A stretch of 64,000 bases of DNA from a phage. Position numbers and translations under genes: made by a program. Under the pieces are notes generated by a model. It was not told where the DNA came from. It saw only the letters and a list, made by a program, of their open reading frames with translations, and searched no databases. The stretch lies in the NCBI GenBank assembly GCA_017676145.1, contig GCA_017676145.1_3628.1, one strand, 5' to 3'. This document shows, piece after piece, positions 1 to 8,831 of this stretch. Position 1 is the stretch's first letter. Every line of letters starts with the position of its first letter.

Positions 1-966
1 AAAAAACAAAAAGAGCAAGATTGGGCAGAGGATGAAGTGGATTTGTCGCAATCTATTTCAGATTTTGTAACATGCTCAAAGTCAACTTATGACGTGATGG
101 TGCAGACCTTGATGTGGCAATGGGAGGCTGATAGCGTTGCGGCAAGATCGATCATCTGCCTCTTTTCACCATTCATCACTAATAGTGAGCTTTTCACTCT
201 ATTGATGAAACAGTCGGAGATTGAAGTTCTTCACGCGCTAACTTACTCAGAGATTGTTAGACAATGTCTCCCCAATGCCCGTGAGATTATAGAAGAGATT
301 CAGGAAAACCAAAACGTTCTGAGCAGATCCGGCGTTATTGTCAAATACATGCAAGAGCTCGAGGTTATTGGTGCAAAATACCGACTGGATCCTTCTAGTG
401 TTGAAGAAGATGTTGTGCGGAAATGCATTCTTAGAGCGCTTTTTGCACTTTTAGCTCTGGAAAGTATTGAGTTTATTGCAAGTTTTGCATGCACTTTCGC
501 AGTAGCTGAACAGGGTATCTTTGTTCAGGTGGCGCAGCTTGTTCAAAAAATCATGCTTGACGAAATGCTACATTCGAAAGGTGATTTTGCTATCATCGAT
601 ATCCTGCTTGATGATCCTGCATGGGAGCAAAGCTTCCTTGAGATTAAGGGTGAGTTAAAAGAAATTCTTGACGAAGTGCGGACCAAGGAGTACGGTTGGA
701 GTGACTATATTTTCAGCGAAGGAAGAGCGATTATAGGTCTTAATTCACCGTTGCTTAAAGAATGGGTTGACTATAACTGCTCACCGATTTATGATTATTA
801 CGACATCGACAAAGACTTTGTGCCGCCAACAAAAGACCCGCTACCGTTTATGCAGGTGTGGATGAAACCTTCACTGCAACAGACGGCTAACCAGGAAATG
901 TCTAACACCGACTACCGCGTCAACACAACCGTTAACGACGCTGAAGAAGAAATTTGGGAGTTTTAA
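1..966 (+). CDS. nrdB: ribonucleotide reductase small subunit-like protein (class I R2 fold), 5' end outside window
   Basis: Reading frame open from window start (track ORF 37..966). Two E-x-x-H motifs (EVLH, DEMLH) and an IASFACTFAVAE segment resembling the R2 iron-ligand helices. Lies upstream of grx-nrdD-nrdG. Confidence 0.5.
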   Translation, partial: KKQKEQDWAEDEVDLSQSISDFVTCSKSTYDVMVQTLMWQWEADSVAARSIICLFSPFITNSELFTLLMKQSEIEVLHALTYSEIVRQCLPNAREIIEEIQENQNVLSRSGVIVKYMQELEVIGAKYRLDPSSVEEDVVRKCILRALFALLALESIEFIASFACTFAVAEQGIFVQVAQLVQKIMLDEMLHSKGDFAIIDILLDDPAWEQSFLEIKGELKEILDEVRTKEYGWSDYIFSEGRAIIGLNSPLLKEWVDYNCSPIYDYYDIDKDFVPPTKDPLPFMQVWMKPSLQQTANQEMSNTDYRVNTTVNDAEEEIWEF

Positions 967-969
967 TAT

Positions 970-1248
970 ATGAGCTGCGAAAAATCTTTTTTCATCATCA
1001 TTTACGGCAAGGATAACTGCCCACATTGTGTAAGAGCAAAAGAATTTGCAGTCAGCAAAGGCATACCTTTCGTATACAAGACGCTAGGTGAGGGATACAC
1101 AAAAGAAGAGCTTATCGAGAAGTGTAGCCCATTTGTTCCCAGAACGTTGCCTCAGATCTTCTTGGAAAGCAACCTTGACAGTATCCACATAGGTGGTGCT
1201 GACGATTTCATCTCTTTTGTTAAGAATGGTTTTGGAGAGAAAAAGTGA
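970..1248 (+). CDS. glutaredoxin-like redoxin (NrdH/NrdC-like), 92 aa
   Basis: C-P-H-C active-site motif near N-terminus (YGKDNCPHCVRAK), size and fold pattern of glutaredoxin; stop overlaps nrdD start (GTGA). Confidence 0.7.
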   Translation: MSCEKSFFIIIYGKDNCPHCVRAKEFAVSKGIPFVYKTLGEGYTKEELIEKCSPFVPRTLPQIFLESNLDSIHIGGADDFISFVKNGFGEKK

Positions 1249-2105
1249 AAGTTGTAAAACGGGACGGTAGAGAAGAGTTTTATAACGGAATTAAGGTGAT
1301 CAAGGCGGCAGAGTCCGCCTTACTTGAGTCTGGACATACTGAAGAAGAAGCTTACCGGATTGCCTGTGCGGTTAATGAAGTTGTTGCCAACAATCTGCCA
1401 ACCGACCAGTGCACGATCTCTGTAAAAAATATCCATATCCTTGTTGAAGATGCTCTTATGGATATGGGTTTAAAATGTGCAGCCAGAGAATACATCCAGT
1501 ATAGACAGACAAGAGATAATAACAGAGAGGCAGGTGGAAAACTGCTTGCAGATATTAGTGGCTTCTTGGATCGTACTTGTGATGAATTTACAAAAGAAAA
1601 CGCAAATAAGCCTACTAATCATGTACACACTCATCGTGACCTGCTTGCAGGCATCCTTAGCAAACACCTTGCATCAACACAGATCCTGCCAGATCGTGTC
1701 TCAGAAGAGCACAACAAGGGCTTCATCCATGTGCATGATCTTGACTACTTGATCAGCCCGTTAACAAACTGTTGTTTGGTGAATTATCCGGATATGCTGG
1801 AAAACGGATTCAACATTGGCAACGCCCATGTCAGTAAGCCGAAGTCAATAGGGGTTGCAACAACAATCCTTAGCCAAATCTCTAGTGCAGTAGCTAGTGC
1901 TCAATATGGTGGTCAGACCATGAGCCATATTGATCATTATCTGGCACAGTATGCTGAAGCAACCTACGAGAAGAACCTTAAATTTTGTCAGGAACATTGG
2001 TTGCCAGATGCTGAGACTGTTGCAATGCAAATGACAGATAAAGACGTGTTTGATAGTATGCAAACTTTGCTCTACCAAATCAATACGTTAACTTCTGTCA
2101 ACGGT
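1245..2105 (+). CDS. nrdD: anaerobic ribonucleoside-triphosphate reductase NrdD, exon 1 (ATP-cone and N-terminal half)
   Basis: N-terminal ATP-cone (MKVVKRDGREEFYNGIKV). ORF stops at 2106-2108 exactly where the NrdD-like sequence is interrupted; C-terminal half resumes in the same frame at 2904. Confidence 0.8.
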
Positions 2106-2903
2106 TAACAAACTGGCCGTTGTAAAACTCTCCTAACCTCATAAGAGGGGTCGGTAAATCCGGCTAACGGGGAACGCTAAGGCGAAAGCTATGCCAATCC
2201 CGTGACTAGTTCTTACAGGAGTTGGAACGGTTGTAACGACTAACGAAAGGCAGAGATGCTTGACAAACATTTCTGAACCGAGTAGTGTAGGGGTTAGTTG
2301 AAATACTAACTTCGAAAGGGAGAGACTCTATGAAAAAGATCATTCTTAATGGTGAAGAATCGAACTACGTGATTGATGAGGTGGGAAACGTATACGGAAA
2401 ACGTGGAATGCTGCACCCCATATTGTGGGGAGGTTATGGAAAAGGTAACAAGCATGTTAAACGCCGCTATATGTATTCTTTCAACCACAAAGGTAAGAAG
2501 ATTCGAATCCAAACTTCAAGGGTTGTTGCCTTGTATTGTTTGCCAGATGTCCCAGAAGACCCTGAAAACTGGGAAGTGAATCATAAAGATGGCAATACAT
2601 TGAATGATCATCCGTCTAACCTAGAGTGGGTTTTGCCGGAAGATAATAAGAGACATGCTTTCCGAACAGGGCTTTGTCCAGGCAAGTGCTACAGGAAAGT
2701 GCAGGCATACCAAGGGAAAACCTTGGTGGGTGAATATCCTTCACTCTATGCCTGTGCAAAAGCCTTAAATTTGAACGTAGGGAACGTCCATAGGGCTATC
2801 GAAGGAAATGCCGAAGGTAAGCATCTCACAATAAAGGGTTATTATCTTATTGAAGTAGAGTAAGAGATAGTCTGGCCCTGTGGAAACACAGGGGTGGAGA
2901 CAG
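2106..2903 (+). mobile_element. group I self-splicing intron in nrdD carrying an HNH homing endonuclease ORF
   Basis: 798 nt (multiple of 3) between two NrdD halves. Exon 1 ends in U (caacggt) that can pair with downstream ccgttg (P1/IGS-like). Intron ends in G. GACUA / UAGUC P7-like elements flank the ORF. Predicted junction gives ...TSVNG/QTPFITL. Confidence 0.6.
2330..2863 (+). CDS. intron-encoded HNH homing endonuclease, 177 aa
   Basis: HNH motif VNHKDGNTLNDHPSNLEWV; located entirely inside the nrdD intervening sequence; ATG preceded by purine-rich SD. Confidence 0.75.
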   Translation: MKKIILNGEESNYVIDEVGNVYGKRGMLHPILWGGYGKGNKHVKRRYMYSFNHKGKKIRIQTSRVVALYCLPDVPEDPENWEVNHKDGNTLNDHPSNLEWVLPEDNKRHAFRTGLCPGKCYRKVQAYQGKTLVGEYPSLYACAKALNLNVGNVHRAIEGNAEGKHLTIKGYYLIEVE

Positions 2904-4163
2904 CAGACTCCATTCATCACATTAAGTTTAGGGCTAGATACCTCGGTCTTTGGTAGAATGATTACCAAAAACTACTTGAAAGTTCACAAAATGGGTCTTG
3001 GTGAAGAACGGATCACACCTGTGTTCCCTAAAGTGCTGTTCTTCTTAGAGGAGGGTGTCAACATGAACCCTGGGGATCCTAACTACGATTTGAAACGATT
3101 GGCTCTAGAATGTTCTGCAGAGCGGATTTATCCTGACTTTGTTTCTGTTCCGCTGAATCGTAAAGTGACAGGTTCAACAGACGGCAAAGTAACAAGCATG
3201 GGATGTAGGTCGTTCCTTGGCAAATATGTTACACCGGAGGGTGATGAAAAATACCTTGGCAGATTCAACTTGGGTGTTGTTAGCCTTAACCTACCAATGA
3301 TTGCGGCAAAAGCTAAGACGGAAGGTATTGATTTCTTTGCAGTTCTTGACGAATACTTGGATCTTGCATACGAGGCTCACCTTGTAAGGGTTAACCGTCT
3401 AAAAGGAACAAAGGCAGGGCAGAACCCTATCATGTGGTGTGAAGGAGCTCTTGCTCGCCTGGATCCTGAAGAGAGTATCGATAAACTCTTCTATGACGGG
3501 TACGCTTCCATCAGTATTGGGTATATTGGTGTGTATGAAACCTGTCAGATTTTGGGCAGAGAGGGTGACAAGGCTTTAGCTCTTGGAATCCTTCAGCACA
3601 TGAAAGATGCTTGTGAGCGATACAAGAAGGAAAGTGGACTAGCATTTAGCTTGTACGGCACACCTTCTGAGAGTTTATGCTATAAAGCTGCAACCTGTCT
3701 GGATCGTGAATACCCAGAAGTGTTGAAGCACGAGCATGAATACCTCACCAACAGTTTCCATCAGCCAGTATGGATCAATAGCTCGCCTTTTGATAAGTGG
3801 AAGTATGAGGAAGGTTTTGCTATGATCTCCTCTGGTGGTAACATTGGGTACATAGAGACACCAAATCTGAAAAACAACTTAGATGCTTTGGAAGCTCTTG
3901 TTGATTTCGGATATAAACACATTATGTATTTTGGTATTAACCAGCCTGTGGATAAATGTCTTAAGTGTGGATTCTCTGGTGAGTTCAGTGCAACAGCTAA
4001 AGGCTTTGTATGCCCAGAGTGTGGAAACCATGAAGAGGGAACGATCAGTGTGATTAGACGTGTATCCGGGTATCTATCCAGTCCAAACTCCCGTCCTTAC
4101 AATAAAGGTAAGCAAGCGGAGGTTATAGAACGGGTTAAGCACTACGGAAGTTGTGGTTGCTGA
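2904..4163 (+). CDS. nrdD: anaerobic ribonucleoside-triphosphate reductase NrdD, exon 2 (C-terminal half with glycyl-radical domain)
   Basis: C-terminal zinc ribbon (CLKCG...CPECG) and glycyl-radical motif RVSGYL; in frame with exon 1 after removal of 2106-2903. Confidence 0.8.
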   Translation, partial: QTPFITLSLGLDTSVFGRMITKNYLKVHKMGLGEERITPVFPKVLFFLEEGVNMNPGDPNYDLKRLALECSAERIYPDFVSVPLNRKVTGSTDGKVTSMGCRSFLGKYVTPEGDEKYLGRFNLGVVSLNLPMIAAKAKTEGIDFFAVLDEYLDLAYEAHLVRVNRLKGTKAGQNPIMWCEGALARLDPEESIDKLFYDGYASISIGYIGVYETCQILGREGDKALALGILQHMKDACERYKKESGLAFSLYGTPSESLCYKAATCLDREYPEVLKHEHEYLTNSFHQPVWINSSPFDKWKYEEGFAMISSGGNIGYIETPNLKNNLDALEALVDFGYKHIMYFGINQPVDKCLKCGFSGEFSATAKGFVCPECGNHEEGTISVIRRVSGYLSSPNSRPYNKGKQAEVIERVKHYGSCGC

Positions 4164-4166
4164 TAC

Positions 4167-4196
4167 TTGACAAAAGTCACAAGGATGTGGCATATT
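4167..4196 (+). promoter_or_regulatory. sigma70-like promoter (TTGACA, about 17-18 nt spacer, CATATT) with conserved CACAAGGATGTGGCAT box
   Basis: TTGACA at about 4167; spacer contains a box that recurs near 11118-11140. Confidence 0.4.
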
Positions 4197-4226
4197 GTTG
4201 TCACACAGTAAACTAGGAGGTGCAGT

Positions 4227-4343
4227 ATGTCTACAGGTATTTATAAAATTTGCAAGTGTGGTTGTCATTGCAATCTTCGTTGGTGTAAGGCACTGGACGA
4301 TTTTATTTGGCATTGTCCTAAATGCGATGCGGAGTACGTATGA
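4227..4343 (+). CDS. small Cys-rich protein (38 aa, zinc-ribbon-like), translationally coupled to nrdG
   Basis: ATG after strong SD (aggagg); sequence MSTGIYKICKCGCHCNLRWCKALDDFIWHCPKCDAEYV; stop overlaps nrdG ATG (ATGA). Not on ORF track (<60 aa). Confidence 0.4.
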   Translation: MSTGIYKICKCGCHCNLRWCKALDDFIWHCPKCDAEYV

Positions 4344-4813
4344 ATATTGTCGGGTATACAGAGATATCTTACACCGAGGGACCGGGTATTAGGACAGCTT
4401 TGTGGGTATCTGGGTGCCCACACGCTTGCCCTGGTTGCTTTAATCAAGCATTTTGGTCAAAAGATAAAGGAAGGGAGTTCACAGAAGAAGATTTGCAGAA
4501 AGTTTTGTCGGACTTAGACAATGAATCTGTATGCGGTATTTCTTTACTTGGTGGAGAGCCTTTGGCTACTTATAATGAGCCAGGTATTATAGACCTTATG
4601 AGGAGAATTAAGGAAAAGTTTGGTGACAAGAAAACTATTCTTGTGTATACTGGGTTCACATTTGAGCATATCTCTAGTGATGTTCTTAAACTGGCTGATA
4701 TCGTCATTGATGGAAAGTATGTAAAAGATTTACCAACCAAGAAACCATTTCGAGGCAGTGATAACCAAAGAATGTTTAAAAAGGTAGCAGGCGGTTGGGT
4801 TCAGGTTGACTAA
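4340..4813 (+). CDS. nrdG: anaerobic ribonucleotide reductase activating protein NrdG (radical SAM)
   Basis: Radical-SAM cysteine cluster CPHACPGC; small size (157 aa) and position directly after nrdD; ATG at M7 of track ORF 4322..4813. Confidence 0.8.
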   Translation: MNIVGYTEISYTEGPGIRTALWVSGCPHACPGCFNQAFWSKDKGREFTEEDLQKVLSDLDNESVCGISLLGGEPLATYNEPGIIDLMRRIKEKFGDKKTILVYTGFTFEHISSDVLKLADIVIDGKYVKDLPTKKPFRGSDNQRMFKKVAGGWVQVD

Positions 4814-4816
4814 TTG

Positions 4817-4846
4817 TTGACAAAGTCTTGTTAAGTTGGTTATAAT
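4817..4846 (+). promoter_or_regulatory. strong sigma70-like promoter (TTGACA-17-TATAAT)
   Basis: ttgacaaagtcttgttaagttggttataat immediately downstream of nrdG stop. Confidence 0.55.
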
Positions 4847-4875
4847 TAGCGTAATGAAAGCAGAGGAGGTGCCCA

Positions 4876-4989
4876 ATGGCTAAAAAGGCCTTGAAGAAGG
4901 CGTACAAAAAAGAGATTGCGCTTGAGCTTAAGAAAAAACACAAGCGTGAAAAGAAACATCATGAGGATGAAGAGGGGGTGCAGCAGTGA
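4876..4989 (+). CDS. small Lys-rich protein (37 aa)
   Basis: ATG 6-7 nt after gaggaggt SD; MAKKALKKAYKKEIALELKKKHKREKKHHEDEEGVQQ; stop overlaps GTG start of next ORF. Not on track (<60 aa). Confidence 0.4.
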   Translation: MAKKALKKAYKKEIALELKKKHKREKKHHEDEEGVQQ

Positions 4990-5336
4990 CACAAGAACGT
5001 ATCGATTTGGCTAATAAGTTTGTAGATCTCATTTTGCCACGGTTAGTTACTCAACATGCAGACGCTATTTCTACTAATCTTGATGGCTTACGCCTGATGC
5101 TGAATCGCACAGATGACCCTCGTATTCGGGCTGATTTAGAAGCCTCTGCCAACAAACTGGAAAAGTTCTTGCAGGTAGACACGCAAGAAGCCTTGCACAA
5201 AATTATGGTGGAAGGTTTCTCTAAAGAATTTACCATTAAAGAGCTTAAGGAGCTGATCCACCAAGAAGAGATGAATATCCGAGTTCAGGCTGTTGCAAGC
5301 AGCATGGAAGCGGCTATTGAAAAACTATTGCAGTAA
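4986..5336 (+). CDS. hypothetical protein (116 aa)
   Basis: Track ORF; GTG start overlapping upstream stop; no recognised domain. Confidence 0.5.
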   Translation: MTQERIDLANKFVDLILPRLVTQHADAISTNLDGLRLMLNRTDDPRIRADLEASANKLEKFLQVDTQEALHKIMVEGFSKEFTIKELKELIHQEEMNIRVQAVASSMEAAIEKLLQ

Positions 5337-5374
5337 AAGCACTTGGCACATCTCAATCTGAAAGGAGTCCCAAC

Positions 5375-6163
5375 ATGGGTCGAGCTAAAGAAACAAAACG
5401 CATGCGTGATGAAGCTAGAGAGGCTCGCAAATCTGATCGCCTGCGTAAGGCTGCTGAGAAATTTGCTGAAGAACGAGAGCACACAGCTCCAGCTCTCAGA
5501 CCAATGAACAAAAAGCAGCAAAAGTATCTTGATTATCTAGGATCGCGTAAGATTATTATTGTAAACGGTGTGTTTGGATCCGGTAAGACATTCATGGCAT
5601 CCGCATATGCAGGTGATCTTCTGCGTAAGAACGAGATTGATAAGATCATTGTTGCACGCCCTTACGTTCAGACAGGAAAGACTTCAGGATTTAAACCTGG
5701 AAATGCAATGCAGAAACTATGGCCCTATCTTCGAAGCATGATGGACACTATTTGTCGTCGTGTTGGCAAAGGTGCTTTTGCAGCAATGCTTGGGGACGGT
5801 CAGAACAGCCGTATCGAGATTTGTGAGGTTGAAAGCATTCGTGGTCGTAGTTTTGATGAACGATGCTTTGTCCTTATTGATGAAGCACAGCAAACTAACC
5901 CTGAAGAAATGTTGTCAATTATTACAAGGATCTCTGATCAGGCCACCCTTGTAATTATGGGTGATAATAGCCAACGTGACATCCCAGGTAAGTCTGGCCT
6001 TGCATGGGTGACAGATTTCTTTACGCGTCATCCAGACCCTGAGGTTGGAATGATTAGCTTTGATAGTCCAGACGATGTCGTTCGTTCTGGGTTGGGCCGT
6101 CAGATTGCACTCAATCTTATTGAGGATCGTGCAAATCATATTTGGACTCCTGTTTCCGAGTAA
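5375..6163 (+). CDS. phoH: PhoH-like ATPase
   Basis: Walker A GVFGSGKT, Walker B-like LIDEAQ, overall PhoH architecture; ATG after aaaggag SD. Confidence 0.8.
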   Translation: MGRAKETKRMRDEAREARKSDRLRKAAEKFAEEREHTAPALRPMNKKQQKYLDYLGSRKIIIVNGVFGSGKTFMASAYAGDLLRKNEIDKIIVARPYVQTGKTSGFKPGNAMQKLWPYLRSMMDTICRRVGKGAFAAMLGDGQNSRIEICEVESIRGRSFDERCFVLIDEAQQTNPEEMLSIITRISDQATLVIMGDNSQRDIPGKSGLAWVTDFFTRHPDPEVGMISFDSPDDVVRSGLGRQIALNLIEDRANHIWTPVSE

Positions 6164-6167
6164 TACA

Positions 6168-6189
6168 GAAGGGTGGTTATTCCACCCTT
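6168..6189 (+). terminator. stem-loop after phoH (8-bp stem aagggtgg/ccaccctt), weak U-tract
   Basis: Perfect hairpin directly after phoH stop; followed by A-rich rather than T-rich sequence, so termination efficiency uncertain. Confidence 0.3.
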
Positions 6190-6207
6190 AAATATCTAAA
6201 ACAGTTG

Positions 6208-6236
6208 TTGACAAGCAGGTGAGCTTTAGATACTAT
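6208..6236 (+). promoter_or_regulatory. sigma70-like promoter (TTGACA-17-TACTAT)
   Basis: ttgacaagcaggtgagctttagatactat upstream of ORF 6267. Confidence 0.5.
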
Positions 6237-6266
6237 TATTGGAAAAAACAAGGAGAAGGGCACAGT

Positions 6267-6578
6267 ATGGCTACAATACAAGAGAGATTGAATAAAATAT
6301 ACTGCCTGTTTGTCTATAACGGCGAGACAATTTTGGCAAATAAGGGATCCAAGAATGTGTGGACCAAGGACAGTGGTGGTAACATAATCAACTTAGCGTT
6401 GCTACGTGAGCGCAGACACAGATTCTTTATCGAGTCTCGGATTATTGAAAGCAGCACCTGCTACAGAACAGGCGATAAAGTAATTGTTGACAATGATACG
6501 TGGTATGTGGTAGACTGGCAATCATTGAGCTGTGATGCTTCTGACAATCGTAAGTATTCTATAGTGATTGCTAAATAA
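6267..6578 (+). CDS. hypothetical protein (103 aa)
   Basis: In-frame ATG (M17 of track ORF 6219..6578) preceded by aaggagaag SD; no recognised domain. Confidence 0.5.
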   Translation: MATIQERLNKIYCLFVYNGETILANKGSKNVWTKDSGGNIINLALLRERRHRFFIESRIIESSTCYRTGDKVIVDNDTWYVVDWQSLSCDASDNRKYSIVIAK

Positions 6579-6638
6579 AGGTAAATGTGAATCAGGTTTA
6601 AATAAATAGCTTTCAACTTCCAATATTAAGGATTTCTC

Positions 6639-7688
6639 ATGAATTTAACACCTCGCAGCACCATGGTACACGGCATGAAAGAAAAACAGAACGGTTTCGA
6701 ACCTATGAGTAACAAAATGTTCGGCATGCCTGGTGGTATTATGGAAACATACAGCTACCCAACACCTGTTGTTGACCACGTTCTTTATATCGACGATTTG
6801 GACGACCTGCAAGATCATATGTCTCGTCTACAGACGATCCGTATGGCTCAGCCAGAAGAAAGTATCCGTGTAATCATTAACAGTCCTGGTGGTTGCGTTC
6901 ACATTGCTATGGCGTATTTGCAGGCATTCCGCGAGTCTCAGGCAAGCGTTGTTGTACACGCTGAAGGGATGTGCTGCTCGGCAGGAACAATCTTATGGCT
7001 GGGTTGCAAAGAACGAACTGTGGCTCCGGACACAGAATTTATGTTCCACTACTATCAAGGTGGCACCTATGGTAACGGTGTGAACATGAATACCCAGATC
7101 AACTACTGGAAGAAACGTTTTGAACGCCTGATCGAAAAATACTACGGTGGGGTGTTAACAGAGGATGAGATCGCATCCATCACAGCTGGCGGTGAAGTGT
7201 GGTTAGATGGAGAAGAGCTGGCATCTAGAACTGGTGCTATCATTCTGGACGATGAAAACATTCAGCGCATTCAGAATGGACAGAAACCGAAAAAGCTTTT
7301 GGCAAAAAGTGATGAAGAAGGTGTGCTAGGCGAAGCAGGCCTGCCAGAGATTCACCAATGCACATCTCTGGACGAGCTGGTTCATGCTGTTGAGTCTGCA
7401 AAAGCAAATGGTATGAAAGGTGATGTTCACACTGTGTTCCTGAATCTGCAGATGGAGAGTGGTGAGACCGTTAAGATTGCACTGGGTGAGATTACCTCGG
7501 AAGATCTGCAGCGATTCTCTGTGGTAGAGCTTCAGGACATTTTGTCCCAATTGAAAACCACCCTGAACGGCGGCGAAGAAGTTCAGGTGAAAGATAAGAC
7601 CCGTAAGCGTCTGGTGGACAATATTATTAAAACAGCAAAAGAGCTCAATGAAAAAATCCTGGGCGCAGGAATTGTCGAAGAAGCTTAA
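6639..7688 (+). CDS. ClpP-family serine peptidase (S14) with about 150 aa C-terminal extension
   Basis: INSPGG motif, GMCCSAG (active-site Ser context) and MFHYYQGG (His context) aligned by eye with E. coli ClpP; followed by intrinsic terminator. Confidence 0.7.
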   Translation: MNLTPRSTMVHGMKEKQNGFEPMSNKMFGMPGGIMETYSYPTPVVDHVLYIDDLDDLQDHMSRLQTIRMAQPEESIRVIINSPGGCVHIAMAYLQAFRESQASVVVHAEGMCCSAGTILWLGCKERTVAPDTEFMFHYYQGGTYGNGVNMNTQINYWKKRFERLIEKYYGGVLTEDEIASITAGGEVWLDGEELASRTGAIILDDENIQRIQNGQKPKKLLAKSDEEGVLGEAGLPEIHQCTSLDELVHAVESAKANGMKGDVHTVFLNLQMESGETVKIALGEITSEDLQRFSVVELQDILSQLKTTLNGGEEVQVKDKTRKRLVDNIIKTAKELNEKILGAGIVEEA

Positions 7689-7700
7689 ACATTAATTCTA

Positions 7701-7724
7701 AAGCCCTCTTCGGAGGGCTTTTAT
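7701..7724 (+). terminator. rho-independent terminator
   Basis: gccctc-ttcg-gagggc hairpin followed by TTTT, 12 nt after ClpP-like stop. Confidence 0.7.
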
Positions 7725-7739
7725 GATCTGGAGATTTGC

Positions 7740-8273
7740 ATGACTTGTGCTAGAAAACCTGATGAACAACGTAACGCTTACGACGAGTATGTGACACCGG
7801 AGTGGTGTGCAGAAGGGCTGTATGACCTTATTCCGTTCCCAGAAGACTGGACCTACTTAGAGCCTTGCAGGAATAGCGCCTCAGGCGTGTTCTACTCCCG
7901 TATGCCGTTAGGATCTGCATGGGGAGAAATCCAAGAAGGTGTTGACTATCTGAATACAGAATACAACCATGTTGACTGTATTATCACCAACCCGCCGTAC
8001 AGCCTGGCTCGGGAATTTGTGGACAAGGCGTTGAAAGATGCCGACGTAGTTATTATGCTTTTGCGTCTTAATTTTCTGGAAAGCAAGGCCAGATTTGAAT
8101 GGTGGCTTGATAATGCACCTACCACTGTGATCACAATATCTAAGCGACCGTCATTCCAATCCAATGGTAGAACGGATGGGCAGGCATATGCCTATTTTGT
8201 ATGGGACAAGAAAAACCGTCTAGACTTGCCGCCATTTATGTGGTTGGCACCACCAGAGGCAGACTTGAAATGA
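7740..8273 (+). CDS. DNA N6-adenine methyltransferase-like protein (gamma-class motif order)
   Basis: Motif I-like LEPCRNSASGVF followed by catalytic NPPY (IITNPPYSLA); 177 aa. Confidence 0.6.
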   Translation: MTCARKPDEQRNAYDEYVTPEWCAEGLYDLIPFPEDWTYLEPCRNSASGVFYSRMPLGSAWGEIQEGVDYLNTEYNHVDCIITNPPYSLAREFVDKALKDADVVIMLLRLNFLESKARFEWWLDNAPTTVITISKRPSFQSNGRTDGQAYAYFVWDKKNRLDLPPFMWLAPPEADLK

Positions 8274-8554
8274 AAATGAGTGCTAAGGACAAGTTGCACC
8301 AGTTAGCGCTAAAACGCCCTGTAACGCTTCCTGACGAGCTTAACTCTATTTATGATGCGATTGTAGGGGAGATACAAAATAAAGCGTTAGCAGGCTTTCT
8401 GGGATGCGGATTTTCGATAAATCTCCCATCACACCTCTCAGACTACTTCCCACACATCGTTGGGGATTTGAGGGCAGGGGGTCTGCAGGTGGATGTTGTT
8501 GGCATCTCTCCGGAGAAAAATAACACGGTTGCCTACTTGACAGTGACTTGGTAG
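8270..8554 (+). CDS. hypothetical protein (94 aa)
   Basis: ATG overlapping upstream stop (ATGA); M24 of track ORF 8201..8554. Confidence 0.45.
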   Translation: MKMSAKDKLHQLALKRPVTLPDELNSIYDAIVGEIQNKALAGFLGCGFSINLPSHLSDYFPHIVGDLRAGGLQVDVVGISPEKNNTVAYLTVTW

Positions 8555-8591
8555 TAGTGTATTTTGTTTTCAACAAGAGGGGGGGTCATCT

Positions 8592-8831
8592 ATGTATAAG
8601 TCGTTTTCAATTTACTCAAGACAGGCAAAACACTACACAGAGATTCTGATCACTCAGAAAAAATCTGTAGAAGGTGAGTGGGAATATCATCATAAAATGT
8701 TGCGTCCAGATTGGGTTTTTGATAGACTTATTGCTATGATTCCCCTTGGAGAAGTATACCCTCTGACAGGTCATAGGGATGCTTGGGATTTAATTGATTA
8801 CATAGATTCATTTAAGGAGCCCAGTGTATGA
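8592..8831 (+). CDS. hypothetical protein (79 aa)
   Basis: Track ORF with G-rich SD upstream; stop overlaps next start. Confidence 0.5.
   Translation: MYKSFSIYSRQAKHYTEILITQKKSVEGEWEYHHKMLRPDWVFDRLIAMIPLGEVYPLTGHRDAWDLIDYIDSFKEPSV

Noticed and set aside
2497-2512. tRNA T-arm-like GATTCGAATCC
   Set aside because: Sits inside the HNH endonuclease coding frame and no acceptor/anticodon stems can be drawn; no tRNA called anywhere in the window.
1245-4163. nrdD as two independent genes or a disrupted pseudogene
   Set aside because: Halves are co-linear, in the same frame, and separated by an HNH-ORF-containing element with P1/P7-like features; intron interruption fits better.
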